A stretch of 46,242 nt of DNA from an uncultured archaeon. Its GTDB lineage: Archaea; Thermoplasmatota; Penumbrarchaeia; CAZUZU01. The notes below the pieces were generated by a model that saw only the letters and a list, made by a program, of their open reading frames with translations, had not been told where the DNA came from and ran no database searches. How positions within the stretch are numbered: position 1 is the first letter of the stretch; every line of letters starts with the position of its first letter. The translations under genes were made by a program, and so were the position numbers. This document shows positions 28,335-42,100 of this stretch, in pieces. The stretch spans positions 2,823 to 49,064 of the forward strand of contig CAZUZU010000001.1 in the NCBI GenBank assembly GCA_964624865.1. The letters are read 5' to 3'.

Positions 28335-29792
28335 ATGACCGATGCTAAAATACTGATCGTCGAGGACGAACCCATCCCTGCGAATGATATCCGCGTAAAA
28401 CTTGAGAAGATGGGTTATACCGTTGTTGACACGGTCTCCTTCGGCAGGGAGGCGGTGGAGAAAGCGGAGGGTGTTGACATCGTATTGATGGACATCAGGC
28501 TCAGGGGCAAAATGGACGGCACGGACGCCGCCAAGGAAATAAAGGATCGGTTCGACATACCCGTGGTGTTCCTCACCGCCCTCAGCGACGACAGGACCCT
28601 GGGAAATGCATTGAAAGCCGATCCCTCGGGCTATCTCGGGAAGCCGTTCAGAGAATCGGACCTCCGCACTACGATCGAGGTCTCACTTCATAAGCACGAA
28701 ATCGAAAAGAAGCTAAGGGTGGAAAGGGAGAAATACCGCAGTCTATTTAAAAACCTGAACGAGGGAATGGTATTGCACGAGATTTGTTATGACAAAGACG
28801 GAAGGCCCGTGGATTATATCATAAAAGACGCAAATCCCCGGTTCGAGGAATTGACCGGGATAAGTCGGAAAGATGCCGTGGGTAAGAAGGCTACCAAAGT
28901 ATACGGCACAGAAAAGGCGCCTTATTTGGAAAAATATTCTAAACTTGCGGAAACTCGCGGCCGCCTCGTCTTCGAGACCTACTATGAGCAAATGGACAAG
29001 TATTTTCATATTTCAACCTTTTCAACAACCAAAGGAAAATTCGTGACCTTGTTCTCCGACATCACTGAACGTAAGCTGGCGGAGAGGAATTTGAGAAATC
29101 ATCTCATGAGATACGACCTTCACGAAGGTTTTATTTACCTGGCCGAGGAATCCAGACCCAGAATTTCACTGGAAGCGTTCAAGGATTTGCTAAACGTGGG
29201 ATATCCGGGTTTGGTTTTCTCGACATTACGCCTAAGGGTCTTGAAAAAGTATGTGGAACATGAATTTGATTACTATTGGCTGACAAAAAAGGATACGAGA
29301 TATTCACTTCCCCCCGAGCCGGAGGCTATCAAGCTTGCTGTGGAGAGAATGACTCGCCCCAGCGCCGTCCTTTTTCACAGGTTGGACTATGTCATTACAG
29401 AAAGCGGAATAAACGAGACCGTGTCACTGCTAAGCTCCCTTCGTGAAACAGCACAATTCAGAGATCATATAGTAATCTTACCTCTGGACCCGGGTATTTT
29501 GGATTCGGTTGACTTCAGACGATTGAAACAAGAGACCGAACCGATCCGGCCCAAAGGCTGTGTAGCGCTGTCGGAATCACTTCTCGAGCTTCTTAGACTG
29601 GTCTACGATCAGAACCTGGTCGCTGTCAAACCCGATCACAAGTTCATCAGGGAGGAGCTCAATATCAGCAAGCCCACCCTGAGAAACAGAATAGACCGCC
29701 TTCTCAGGAAGGGATACGTAAAGGAACGTCCAAAGGGCCGTACAAAGGTTCTTGAAATCACGGACAAGGGAAGGCGAATTTTTCACAGGTAA
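28335..29792 (+). CDS. Response regulator: receiver (REC) + PAS + DUF835-like + C-terminal winged-helix HTH
   Basis: REC is ILIVEDEP...DIVLMDIRL...VVFLTA...KP. PAS is LFKNLNEGMVLHEI...DANPRFEELTGISRKD. The DUF835-like region includes YYWLTK and VLFHRLDYV. The HTH is ISKPTLRNRIDRLLRKGYV. I prefer ATG 28335 (GGAGAG 7 nt upstream) over the ORF-track start at 28257. Confidence 0.85.
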   Translation: MTDAKILIVEDEPIPANDIRVKLEKMGYTVVDTVSFGREAVEKAEGVDIVLMDIRLRGKMDGTDAAKEIKDRFDIPVVFLTALSDDRTLGNALKADPSGYLGKPFRESDLRTTIEVSLHKHEIEKKLRVEREKYRSLFKNLNEGMVLHEICYDKDGRPVDYIIKDANPRFEELTGISRKDAVGKKATKVYGTEKAPYLEKYSKLAETRGRLVFETYYEQMDKYFHISTFSTTKGKFVTLFSDITERKLAERNLRNHLMRYDLHEGFIYLAEESRPRISLEAFKDLLNVGYPGLVFSTLRLRVLKKYVEHEFDYYWLTKKDTRYSLPPEPEAIKLAVERMTRPSAVLFHRLDYVITESGINETVSLLSSLRETAQFRDHIVILPLDPGILDSVDFRRLKQETEPIRPKGCVALSESLLELLRLVYDQNLVAVKPDHKFIREELNISKPTLRNRIDRLLRKGYVKERPKGRTKVLEITDKGRRIFHR

Positions 29793-29818
29793 AAGAAGGT
29801 TTTCCCGATTCTTTCCGA

Positions 29819-29825
29819 TTTTTTT
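29819..29825 (+). terminator. Oligo-T archaeal-type terminator after the response-regulator gene
   Basis: A run of 7 T (ccgaTTTTTTTacc) lies 27 nt after the stop at 29792. Confidence 0.4.
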
Positions 29826-29833
29826 ACCAATTC

Positions 29834-29841
29834 TTATATAT
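29834..29841 (+). promoter_or_regulatory. TATA-like box about 245 nt upstream of the giant ORF (possible long-leader promoter)
   Basis: ttatatat. A second weaker A/T box, aaatacgtatatt (30061-30073), lies just upstream of ATG 30086. Confidence 0.3.
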
Positions 29842-30085
29842 CGGTAAAGTCATGAAGTTTTATTTGTGGTTTGGTAAGTTCGAAGTCAAATGTATGTATG
29901 CTTGAATGCATGATGTTGGCCCTCTTCGGACGAACCTCTGCGCCGACAGTAAAGGGGACAGGGTAGCCCCGCGTGACGACAACCAACACCTGAGAAATTC
30001 CCGGGGCTTGTCCCTCTCCCTACTATAGCCAGGTAAGTTCCTTTGGCTGATGTTGGGAATAAATACGTATATTGGATGTGGTAGC

Positions 30086-30190
30086 ATGGAGAAAGATCGA
30101 AGCCAGAAGTTGAGAAACGTGAAACGAGCATTTTCAATAAGTGCGATATTTATATTGTTAATATCCGGGATACCCATGCTCGTGAGTGCG
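30086..30190 (+). other. Signal peptide or N-terminal anchor of the giant protein
   Basis: A basic N-region (KLRNVKR) is followed by a hydrophobic core (AFSISAIFILLISGIPMLV) and then VSA|LDG. Confidence 0.6.
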
Positions 30191-33100
30191 CTGGACGGCC
30201 CCGGGACGGACCCAGAGGCCAAGGAAAGATCGAATCCCAAACTCGTCTGGGATTTCGATGTTAAGGAAAATAACGGGAAATATATCGCAAAAACTCCTGT
30301 ACACGAGGTGGAGTTTCCGGAATATTTCAAAGACGGAATATCGTTGATGATCGGGGGAGAATCCATTGTCTACGGGATCGAGCGGCTGGATTACGAGACG
30401 GAAAGGAAACAGTGGTACACCCGCAATAATCTGACCGAAAAATATACCCTTTACACGGAGGGCGAGGAAAAACAAGTATATTGGGCGGACACGAAACCCT
30501 CCTGGATGAACGCCTCGTACGGGGAATGGACGCTGTACGACGAGGTCTCCCTTTTACCAGGAAGAAGTAAGGTTCTCATCCAGGGCACCAAAGTCGTTTA
30601 TAAGGATGCCTTCCAAGGCGTGGATATAATCTTCGAGGTCCAGTTCACCAAGGTCAAGGAGACTATAGTTTTGAACCGCGATTTCGATTTCTGTGTTTCC
30701 CCACTCCGGATAAAGTCGAGGGTATGTTCTATGGACGATATTGCCTTTACCGGCGGATTGAAGAATATTATCTCGACGGGTGCCAACGCCTTCGAGATCG
30801 AATCCCCGTATTATGTAAACGATAATAAAAAGGGAGATTATTGCACTTTTGAATACGATGCCGTGGACAAGAATACAATAGATATGATAACCGAGATATC
30901 AAATTCCAGGATCAGAAACCATAATGTCAACGGCGTCCCGATAATAATCGACCCGACCCTGGGTTCGTCCCTTAGCGGTTCAATATTGTACGAGGGGTTG
31001 TCAAACGGCACGGTCAAAGAGACCATAGACGGTACAGTTACATATTATGAAGACCAGAATAACAGGATATACGCGGAGAGCGATGTCGATATATCTGGTT
31101 CCCTCATTCTCGACAATATAACGTTGAAGGTAAATTCCAGCTCGGGTTCCATCTACACGATAAATGTCACGGACAGCGGGCGATTCGACATTCTCAATGC
31201 CTCCGCAGTTAAAAACAATAACACAGGCTATGGGTATAACCTACGTTACCTATCGGGAAGTCGGGGTACGATAAACAACTCACTGATAGAGAACGTCTCC
31301 GGCGAATACGAAGGTCTGAGAACGGAAACATCCGAGTTGAACATCACCAATTCCTTGATCCGCAACTCCGAGAGCCACGGCGTATACTGCAACGCCTCGT
31401 GGCCAGTAATCTACGGGAACAGCATCTACAACTGCAGCGGCGACGGCGTGTACTATCAGGGGCAGAGCGTGGAAATGGATTTGACGGACGAGGAGAACAC
31501 AACTACCAATTCGAACCTCAATTTCACTTCTGAGGGAATAAGAGTAAACGGGAGCGGTCCCGATACGGGTTATCTCATCACTGATGAGATTGAACTGCCC
31601 GATGATTGTTTATGGGAAGGAATAAAAATTACTGAAGAGAATAATATTACAGGTCTATCATATCTTGCAAGTATCACAGATCCGAACAATAACCCAATCG
31701 ACGGTTTTACCAACATATCGGGCCTACCGGAATATATTGATATATCATCGATTAACCCGGTAAAATTCGATACGATAGGTATTTTTGTAAATATCTCTCA
31801 TCCGGAGAGCAATAATGGTAATATCAGTATACTAACAATAAAGACGGGTTTTGAGCCTAAACGTAAGATTGTTGACGATCTATCAAATGATAGATATATA
31901 TCAGAATCCAGCGGAATATCCCAAAGCAATGGGATGATAGCACCAAAATATGGTTCAGGATATGCATTCGATATCGATACGACAGCCGATTTCGATGCAG
32001 GAGATAAAGGTAGCAATGAATCCGGGAACGTCAGCGTCGAGACCTCGACGGACAATTACAATATCGATGCCGGAGAGATCCAACTCTCCAATCGATACTG
32101 CGACAAGTTCGAATATGCCGACAGTGATGGAGAGACCTGGAAGTGGGACCAATGGACGCCCACAGGTTCCTGGTCTGTTCATGAAAATGACATAGATACA
32201 ACCGAAGACGGAGAATTCTATCAGTCAATATCAAGTACGGATTATCAACAAAACAGATTTTATTTAGGTGGTGAAAGTGAATATGTATTATCCGGTGATT
32301 TTGATATCCGGATGGCAATCGAACTCGGTTACTGGGTCTACGGCGGCAGTTATGGCACTCGCCAGAAATATGCTCATTTTTATTTACGTGATAGCGGGGG
32401 AACCTGGGCTTATATATCTAGAGAAGTTGATAATTACTGTACCGATATCTTCAGATGGAGAACTGCCAACACTCATCAATATATCTGGAATTATCACGAT
32501 AAGACATGTGCTATGAGATTCACCAGAACAGGGAGTACATTAAAGATGTATTATCGTAACGATATGAATGTCGAATCCGAAAGCTGGACACTCAAAGCAA
32601 CGGATAGTTCCTGGACATCAAATGATGTTTATGTCTTCCTCAGGTTCTATGATAATGCCATGAATAATTACAATGCGGATGTTCACTGGGACGATTTCTG
32701 GATAAAGGAAGGGGATCTCAAAGAATACGGATATTGCCAGTACGGCAACTACACAACAGAAAATCTAACCATTGAGTCCGGTCAAGTATTGGATTATGTA
32801 AGAGTCGATCATGAAAACCTGGATTCGGAGAACAAGATTAATTGGGTCGCCTTTTTAAACGACACTGGTTCAGTTGTGGCAAATTATACAAACAACGGAA
32901 GCGGAATAACGTCCGGGAATTATACAATCATTTCAGATAATAATCTGGATGAAGGTAATTTATCCGATATTAACGGCACGTATAGGATCAATGTCGGACT
33001 GAAAGGCAATAAGAGCTCGACCCCCGTGATAACCCGATTATCCGGGGAATTGGATACCGTTAACGAGTCATATTTCACAACCACCGAGATAGAATCAGAG

Positions 33101-36100
33101 ACCTATGAACAATGGGACGCCCTGTTGTTAAATAAGTCTACATCGGACGTGGATAATTTCATTACGGTTTCGGTACTTGATGGAGAAACGAACTCCACAA
33201 TCACGGGATATTCGGAATTGAGCGGTAGTTACATCCCGCTTTCGGGTATAGATACTTACCTGCATACCTCATTGAAGCTTAGATTCGATTTTATCACCGA
33301 CGGGTCCAATCCTCCTGAATTGTACGAGTGGCAGCTGCACAAAACCCCCAGATGGTCATACAATTACATATACGATTGTGAGAATGGCATCCGTCTCAAC
33401 GGCTCGAGCCCGTTGATATCCAACAACTACATATACAAGAACTCGGAATCGGGTATTTCAATCGATAACAGCTATTCCTCGACATTGGGCAGGAGAATGA
33501 CTTACGAGAACGTTCAATTGTTCGGAGCCAGCCCGGTGGAATACGATTTCGATACGAGCGAGGGTTTTGCTCATATGGACGACCAGACCAATTCGCAATC
33601 TTTCTGGAACTCCACCACGCAATCCATAGATTTTATCAGCAATACTAACGATCCCGCCGGTTCCTTCGAGAGGATGCAGATTAACCTATCCACCAAGTTA
33701 TCCCCCAATTCGTTCTGGTCTCTTGAATCAGAATTCCATCTGACCTTCCGTAACAATTCCGAGGGTGCATACGGTGACATGAGCGTAATTCCCGTCTTGT
33801 TGAATTCAACAGATGACGAATACGGTAGGATTTATGTTCACGCGTACGGAGGCAACGATACTATCAATAACAACTGCGATGTGATTAGCATCTATTATCA
33901 ATCTTCAATAGGGGCATCGAACACTACGATATGTCAATATTACTCAGACGATACAGGGAACGGGTCATACGACGGTGATTACTTTATTCGTATCTGGTAT
34001 CATCCGTGGGAATCCACCCTGTACGGTCAGATATGCAATGCAAGCAAGCAGTCCGATGTATTGGCGTCCGGCTCCTTGGTCAAACCAAATATATTGATCG
34101 AGAATATCTCGGCAGGAGTTTGCGCGGGTCAGGGATCTTCGAGTTCGAATTATTACGAAGGATACGTAAACGAAATAAAGTTATATCTAGGCCTCCCCGA
34201 GATTATCGAATCGGACGATCTTAACGTCACGCCTTACAACGCATCTTTGAACAAAGTGTCCGAAACGAGCGGCTATTTAGTGACGGCACCCTTGACAATC
34301 GACGACTACTACACGGGCGTCTCTCTCAACCTGACGACAACGGAACCAGCAAACACCTCGATATCCGTGTCGATCCTTGATGCTGTTACCGGTGATGCAA
34401 TAGAAGGATTCGAAAATTTGTATTCCAATGATATAGGCCTTGTCAATCTCACCGACGACAGTAATCACGGGTTCAAACTTCGTTTCGATTTTCAAGGTGC
34501 GAACAATTCCACTCCCGTGTTGAGCAAGGTGTTGTTCAGGTACTATCACTACGAGAAATCGGGCGGTGTTATAGACAACGTGGTATATCACAACCACGAC
34601 GGCATAATGGTTGGTAACAACTCCGATTTCGTTTCAATAGTTGGCAACACGATATTCGACAACACGAGGTACGGTATCCACATGGAAGGTGCGAACCGAT
34701 TGTTCGAATATCAGGGCTTAAACGGCTACGGGTTGTCAGACGGTATTAACTTCGATAGCTCGGGAAGCAAGGAGAGTATAATATCGCTGCCTCCGAGGAG
34801 CGGGATATACGACATGAACTTCACGGTCTCGGGCGAGAAATATATACCCTACGGACCATTGGGGAGTGATTACTATTTCCAAGGCACGAGAACGAACTCC
34901 ACCGTCAACATGACGTTGAACGGAACGATAAACGTCACCGTTCCTACGAATTGGACCGCAAGCTACGCGGTCGCTTCATACACGAACCTGACGGACAACG
35001 GTGTGGAGACGAACTCGTCAAACGTCAACCTGTCGTGCAACCACTCGGGAACCAACCTGCAATTCGATATCAATTCCTCGGTCTATTTCAATTCCTCGGT
35101 TCTGAACCAGACCACCGATATTCTTGCATTCAATTTTACCGTGAATCAAACCGACATAGAAGGAAATCTATCCGTGGTTTTGACCTTTACTCTCCAGAAA
35201 CAAACCCTATGGGAACAACAGGAAGACGGATATGACATCTCGGTTGATCTGGACCCTTCCAAAGTAAATCTCTCTGGTTTAAAACTTATCATTCCGATTC
35301 CCAACAATGGTTTCGTTTATGCCAACGCATCTGTTTATAATTCCACTTGCGAGGACCCCGTCGATTATTCTTCCAATCTCTCTACGGATAATAAGGACTC
35401 GGGATACGTTGTGTTCGACATAGGTGCCATTGATGAAGATGACTTCACCGAGAGTTGGGACTATCAACATGAGATGGACACATGGAGCGATTCCCATCAC
35501 CCCACCGGATGGTCCACTCTAACCTACACCAATGCGAATTACATCACCCACGACACAGAAGGCGATAATGATTATCTATACAGCAATGAACAAACGGATT
35601 GGGACGACTGCGGTCTCCAGAAGTGGAATATCGACCTGGGTGAGGACTATACTATCGAGACGAGGGTAAATATATCCAGTGGGGGTTTTTGCGCGTTTAA
35701 ATATTACGACGGCTCGTATAGTTGTGGATTATCAGTTTCCGAGGGGTCCTTTGGGATCGACACGTCTCAATGGCATACTTACAGAAAGGTCGCGAACGAC
35801 GGTGATTATAAGTTCTATATCGACGGAGAGCTCGATAGCAGTGGCAGTCTGTCCTCGGACACGAGCAACTCGCACGAGTTCTGGATGGCATATACGTCCC
35901 TCGCCGGTATGGTCACCGGATGGATTGACTACATCAAGTGGAGGTCTGATAATGAAGACGCCGAACTTACTTTTGATGCGAACCTCACCTATTACCTAAA
36001 TAACCCCTCCCTCTCTCTGGGGGACGTCACTCTCTGGTCCCACACCGGCGAGTTCAATACCACCGCCACACCGATGAACAACACCACCGCCAAGGAATCG

Positions 36101-39100
36101 TATATCAAATCGCTGAACCAGGCCCTGGAAAGCGACCTGACGTCAAACGATCTTACTTTATCCGTTTCAGCGGCGAGCGCGGGGTACATGAATATATCCA
36201 ATCTCGGGTTCCACCTGGTCAGGCGCTCGTATATCGGGAAGAACAGGATATGGGGCGGCGAATACGGCATATACGTCAATAATAGCACTTCCGTGCTGGT
36301 GGATGGGAACCACGTCCTGAATTCCGAGGTGTCAGGTATCGAACTGGCCAACTGCAGCGGCAGGCAAAGGTCGTTGAACAGCCTTAGAGGCGGTCTCTCC
36401 AACGGTACCTACTCTTTCGACGACGATTCGCTGACCACAGGCGAGAACTGGGAGATGACCGTACCGGACGGCTCCGTGATCACTAACATGTCCTTTGACC
36501 TGAGCGGGGAGAGCTACGTGCCTCTATACAACCTCAGCGAGAGCCACGAGTACACGGGCTCGATATCGTCCCAATACAGCGGAATGCTGCCCGCCAATCT
36601 CAGCGGATATAAACCGTCGAACTGGAACAATATCACGGAGATGACCCTGGACGCTTCCGTCGATTCCCTGGATTACGGTGATTGTCTCTCGCTGTTCGGG
36701 CTTGATGCCGTCTCCGATACCACCTATACTTACCTCTGGAACAGGAGCAAGGACGAAATGGAGTCCTCCACCGTCGATTATTACAGGCCCGCCGTAGCCG
36801 ACCTCGTCCCTACGAGAGGGTATAGGATAGGTTACATATACTCCTACAATTCGACCGAGTTGAACGCGTCCATATGGAACGGAAGCGCATGGATCGATCA
36901 CGTTAACCTGACGGCGAACCTTACGACCAATCAGAAACAATGTTTCGCACTCGACTTTGAATATGTCTCTCTGGACGGCGTTGCTTTGTGGGCGGAATAT
37001 AACGGTACCGCCGAATATCTGAGATGGGCCACATATAATTCGAGCGGTTGGGATATATCCAATCAAACGATAAACGTTTCAAACGTCAGGTGGATCACGA
37101 TGTCTGAGGTCGGCACCACCGGTACGTTCCTGGCCCTTCTCCAGCTGTCGAACGGCACAGTTTATTCTATGACCTGGAACGGGAGTGAATGGGACAACTC
37201 CAGCGTTACCGAGATATCGAATTCCTCCGTTTCCACGAGTTATTGCGGTATTGCGCTGACCGAATACAACGGTAATATAATTGCCCTTTATTCCGAAACG
37301 GGCGGACTCAGATATCGTATCTATTCTAACGGCTGGGGTTCCGAACAGACGGTTACCGGCATCAGTTCACCTTACTGGGTGGAACTTGTAACCAACAAGG
37401 ACGGCACGGTTTGCGGAGCTGCGTCCACCTCCTCGAAAGACCTCTACGGTCTCGCCTTCACGGGCGGGAGTCTAAAAGAATCGAGATTGTTATGCGAAGA
37501 CGGCCTTCACACCACCACATCTCCGTGTTTCGACGTCGTAGCCGACAGCGTGGGGGATTTCTACTTTATTTGGTCCAGAACCGATTACTTCAACTTCAAC
37601 ATTACATGGTACAACGGCGTTTACTGGATAAACCAGAGCTACTGGAACAACACCTATCCGGATCACGAGGACACGATAGGTCACTGGCATTTCGATACCG
37701 GATATGGCTCGACCGTTGTGGATTCGTCGGGCTATTATTACAACGGTACGATCCATAATGCCGAATGGGACTACTCAGGCAGGTTCCACAAAGGCGTGTT
37801 CTTCAATAGCACGGAAGGGAACAATTACGTTGAATTCGACGATCACGTCTCAACTTTTGACGATTATTCACAGGGAATATTGGAGCTGTGGTTCAAGTGG
37901 AACGGTACCGATACCGGGGGCACCCTGTTTTTCCTTGGCGACAAGGATACGACGAACGATTATGCGGCTCTCAGGGTGGGCAGCTCTACCTCCAATTTTA
38001 ACGATGAAAGCTTGGGGTTCGTGTTCTTTGAAGGCGGAACCTGCAAGCTAGGTGCATATGCAAGGAAAGGGGAAACTCATTACCGGGACGGTCAGTGGCA
38101 TCACGTGGCATGGGTGGTCGGGGAGGACTTCAATTATATGTTCATAGACGGTAAGAAGGAAACGCTGTCATATGATTACGGCAGCTCGTCCACGGGTAAT
38201 TATTTCCTGAACGTTAACAATGCGGATACAATGACCCTCGGATTGTCGAACAATTCCATCTCACATGATTTCTTCGGCAGCATAGACGAAATGCGTATAA
38301 TCGACGACGAGTTCGTGAAACCGCTTGACGCTCACTGGATCGAAGTGGTCGCGGATACCGAATCCGACAGGATGTTCCTGGTAGCGACGGGCGATTCGTA
38401 TCTCATACACTCTCAATACGAGGATTCCGAATGGACCGATACGGAGAAGAGCTCCTATTATCTATACAGCCCTTGCGACAGCTCCAGGTCGCTCGACGCT
38501 TCCTTCGAGAGGATAAACTTTCCGCCCACTCCCTTTTCCGCAGCGATGAACGTCACCCACAACAACAATACCAAGACGTATACAGAGTCTAGTGATACAA
38601 TTACGTATACCTATTCGGACAACCTGACCTGCGTGAACGTCAGCGGTGCGGACACCTATAACTTCACAGTCGATTCCGATCTGATTAACGTATCCTCGGA
38701 TATATTGCTCACCGTCGATGCAATTAATACGACCTCCGCGAACTGGACATATGTCTTCGACGCCTCGAGCTACAATGCGACCAACGTTACCGACGGGTAC
38801 AGCATCGAGATAACGCTTTGGGCGCCTGTCGGTGTAAACGTTACCAACCCGCAGTTGAAGGTCTACACCCCTTGTACCAGCTATATGGAGGCGAATGTAA
38901 CGGTTGTGGGTCAGAACGAGAACCTTACCTCCGACTACATCGATTACTCGTGCAAATCGGACGGGTATATACTACTCGACCTGTCCGGGTTGAGCGAAAT
39001 CGGCTGGGTGTGGAACTACTCGGCAAATAATATCACGATCAATGTCACGCTTAGGTTCTCGCCCGGAGAGTTGAAGCTTGATATTGGGGGCGACGGCGAC

Positions 39101-42100
39101 AACGAGTGGGAATACACCGGCAACGATACGTTCCTTGTGGACGCATCGGTGAACGGCTTTGAGCCCGCTCTGTTGTCGGAACAGAACGTGCACGTGAGCG
39201 ACGATTCAGTGGGATACAGCTACATCCCGCTTGAGATAACCTCGGATTATGCAGGGAATGTCACGATTTCCAATCTGACCGTTTATTATAATATCTCGGC
39301 TGTAGTTAGGAACAATAATGTTATTAATACCGGGAATACGATGATAAATGCTGCGGATTCCTGGAGCAGAATCGTGTCAAATATCGTGGCTTCGGACAAT
39401 TCGTCAAGCACGGGCATAAAGAACAGGGAATCCGGAACCAAAGGAGATTCGGGGTCTTTGATATTCGACAATATAATCACAAATTCTGGAGATTACGGAA
39501 TAAACATCAACGTGACAGGCACGGTTATGAACGGCAACACGATATCAAACCCGGATTACGGCATATATTTCGACGAGGCGTCATATAACGCCGTTGGTGA
39601 TAACATAATATCGAATTGTACCGATTACGGCATATATCACAGGGACGAAAATCGAAAGGAGTTCGGCCCTGAGATGTATACCGAAATTTTTTCAAATACC
39701 ATTTCAGGCTGCAACATGGGATTGTACATGGATTCGGTAAACGACACCGTTTATTCGAACACGTTTTCTGGTTGTGATTACGGGTTCTCCTGGTATAACT
39801 CGTATGTAGGTAATGTCACAGGCAACAACTTCGACAACTGCAGTTACGGCGCCTACGCCTATGTGGTGGAAGATGAAACGACGTTACTCGCCGGGAACGA
39901 TTTCTCAAACTGCGACGTTGGTCTGAGCATGTTCGGCACCGGCAACGCCACCATCAGGAGCAACAAGTTCACGTCCAACACATACGGGATAAGGCTGCGT
40001 AGGGAGTTCAATTCCACAAAGCCCTACAACGTCACTGTTGATTACTGCGACTTCGAGTACAACATGTATGGCGTGGCAGCGTCCAACGTAACGTTCGAGA
40101 TAAACAACTGCACGTTTACATCCAACACTTTCAAGGACGTGTCCCTGCAAAGTACCAAGTCAAGCAATATGACCGACATTGAAACGGACCTTGGGGACAA
40201 TGCCGGTATATTCATGGAGGTGTCGGCAAACCTCAGTATCCAGAACAATACCTTGGAGATAATCAGTGCGGTCGAGTCGGGAGACGTTGACGGGGACGAC
40301 GACGACGATCTCGTAGGATTGTATAGAAATACCACGAGAAACGACTATGGAATCGTGGTTTGGGAATGGGACAACGGCGATTGGGACGACCCGGTTTACA
40401 TAAATTATACGTTAGACGAAGGCGACGAGTTCTCATCAATAAATATAGCCGATTTTACTGAAGACGAAGGCGAGGAAATATTAGTGATATTGAACAAAGA
40501 TGCCGACAATTCAAAAGCCTATATTTATTCCTATGTGGACCGGGCAATCAAGTATGAATTCTCCGATATCGGACCGGACACCGAGGAGTGTATCGTCTAT
40601 GATTACGACCTCGACGGCGACAACGAGACCGCGTTCATCGTCGAGGATTCGGACCAGGTGTGGATATTCGAGGAAGGCGGGGGAAGCTGGAATAGAATCG
40701 GAACCGTTGATGTGATCTCGAACCCCATTTACGGCGATTACGGCAACATCAACTCGTCGATCCCCAACTATCAAGAACTGGTAATCGTGGGTGAATACGA
40801 CGATCCGATAGGGAAGCTCTCGGTCATAAAATACGACGGCGGTTTCGAATCGGAGGATTACACATTTTCCAAGAGGGTGACGGAGGGCGTATCGGTCCTG
40901 GACTGCGACGGCGACGGCACTAAGGAGGTGGTGGTGACCTTCGCAGGCGAGGCGAGGATCATGTCATATGATACAGGCGAGTGGACGGTGGAGAACTCGG
41001 TGGACCTGCCGTGGGACCATAAATCCCGGGTGGAGAGGGGAGATTTCAACAACGATTCAATCGAGGATTTCATGCTCGGCTGGCGGGAGATTGTCAACAA
41101 CGATATGTACATCTACACCGCCTACTGCTACTTCTGGAACGATAATGCCGACGACTACGCAATAGTCAACATGGAGTTCAACATGACCCACAGCGTGGCA
41201 TACGACACGGAGGGAGGGGTTTCCATAGGCGACCCGGACAACGACGACGTGCCAGAGGTGGTCATCGCCCTGGAGATCGAGGGTGACGGCGAGAACCAGG
41301 ATGTGCTGGTGTACGACCTCGATTACTCCCAGGGATTCGTGAATCGAACGGTACGGGTGCAGGTGTACAACGACACCAACGCCCCCCTGGAGGGCGTGAG
41401 CGTCGCGGTCAGGGATGCGGAGGGCGCCGTAAGGTTCAGCGACACCACGGGATCGGACGGGCTCACGGGCAACCATATCGTGCCGCTCAAGGAGTTCAGA
41501 GGGGACGTATCGGACTACAAGATCATATACTACTCGCCGTTCAACGTGTCGGTGAACGACACCACGGAGTATTCGCTGGTGCGCCACTGCACCGTGATAC
41601 CCGGCACCGGCATTGCGACCATCAAGATGTGGCTGGGCGAAGACACGGACCAGGACGGGCTTACTAATGGGGAGGAGAACAACAGCTACCTCAGCAACTG
41701 GAGCAGCGAAGACACGGACCAGGACGGACTTAGCGACGGATACGAGGCAGGGATCAACGCCAGCACTTGCCCGAGGTTCTACAATTCCAGCACGAGCAGG
41801 TGGGAGCCCACGATCATCGATACCGGCAGGTACGCGCCGAGCGGGAGGAACGCTACCAGTGTCACCAGCGTGGACACTGACGGTGACAAGCTGCTTGACG
41901 GGAACGATATCTGGCTTGCGAATATCACCACCTCGGTCTACGATGCCTGGATCGAGCGGCACTATGTCTTCGACAACGACATGTTCATCGGTGAGGAGGG
42001 CGAGGGCACGAACCCGATAGACAACGACACCGATCGGGGCGGGGTGGAAGACGGCATCGAGTACCGGAGCGGGCAGGACCCCACCACCGACACGGGTGAG

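Noticed and set aside
29909-29992. A C/D-box sRNA, suggested by ATGATGT near 29909 and CTGA at 29989
   Set aside because: The C box is non-canonical (UGAUGU). The spacing of about 75 nt is too long, and no internal C'/D' pair or terminal stem is present.
41057-41962. A 301-aa minus-strand ORF inside the giant gene
   Set aside because: It is antisense to high-GC coding sequence. The translation is Val/Arg/His/Asp-rich with no motifs or start context.
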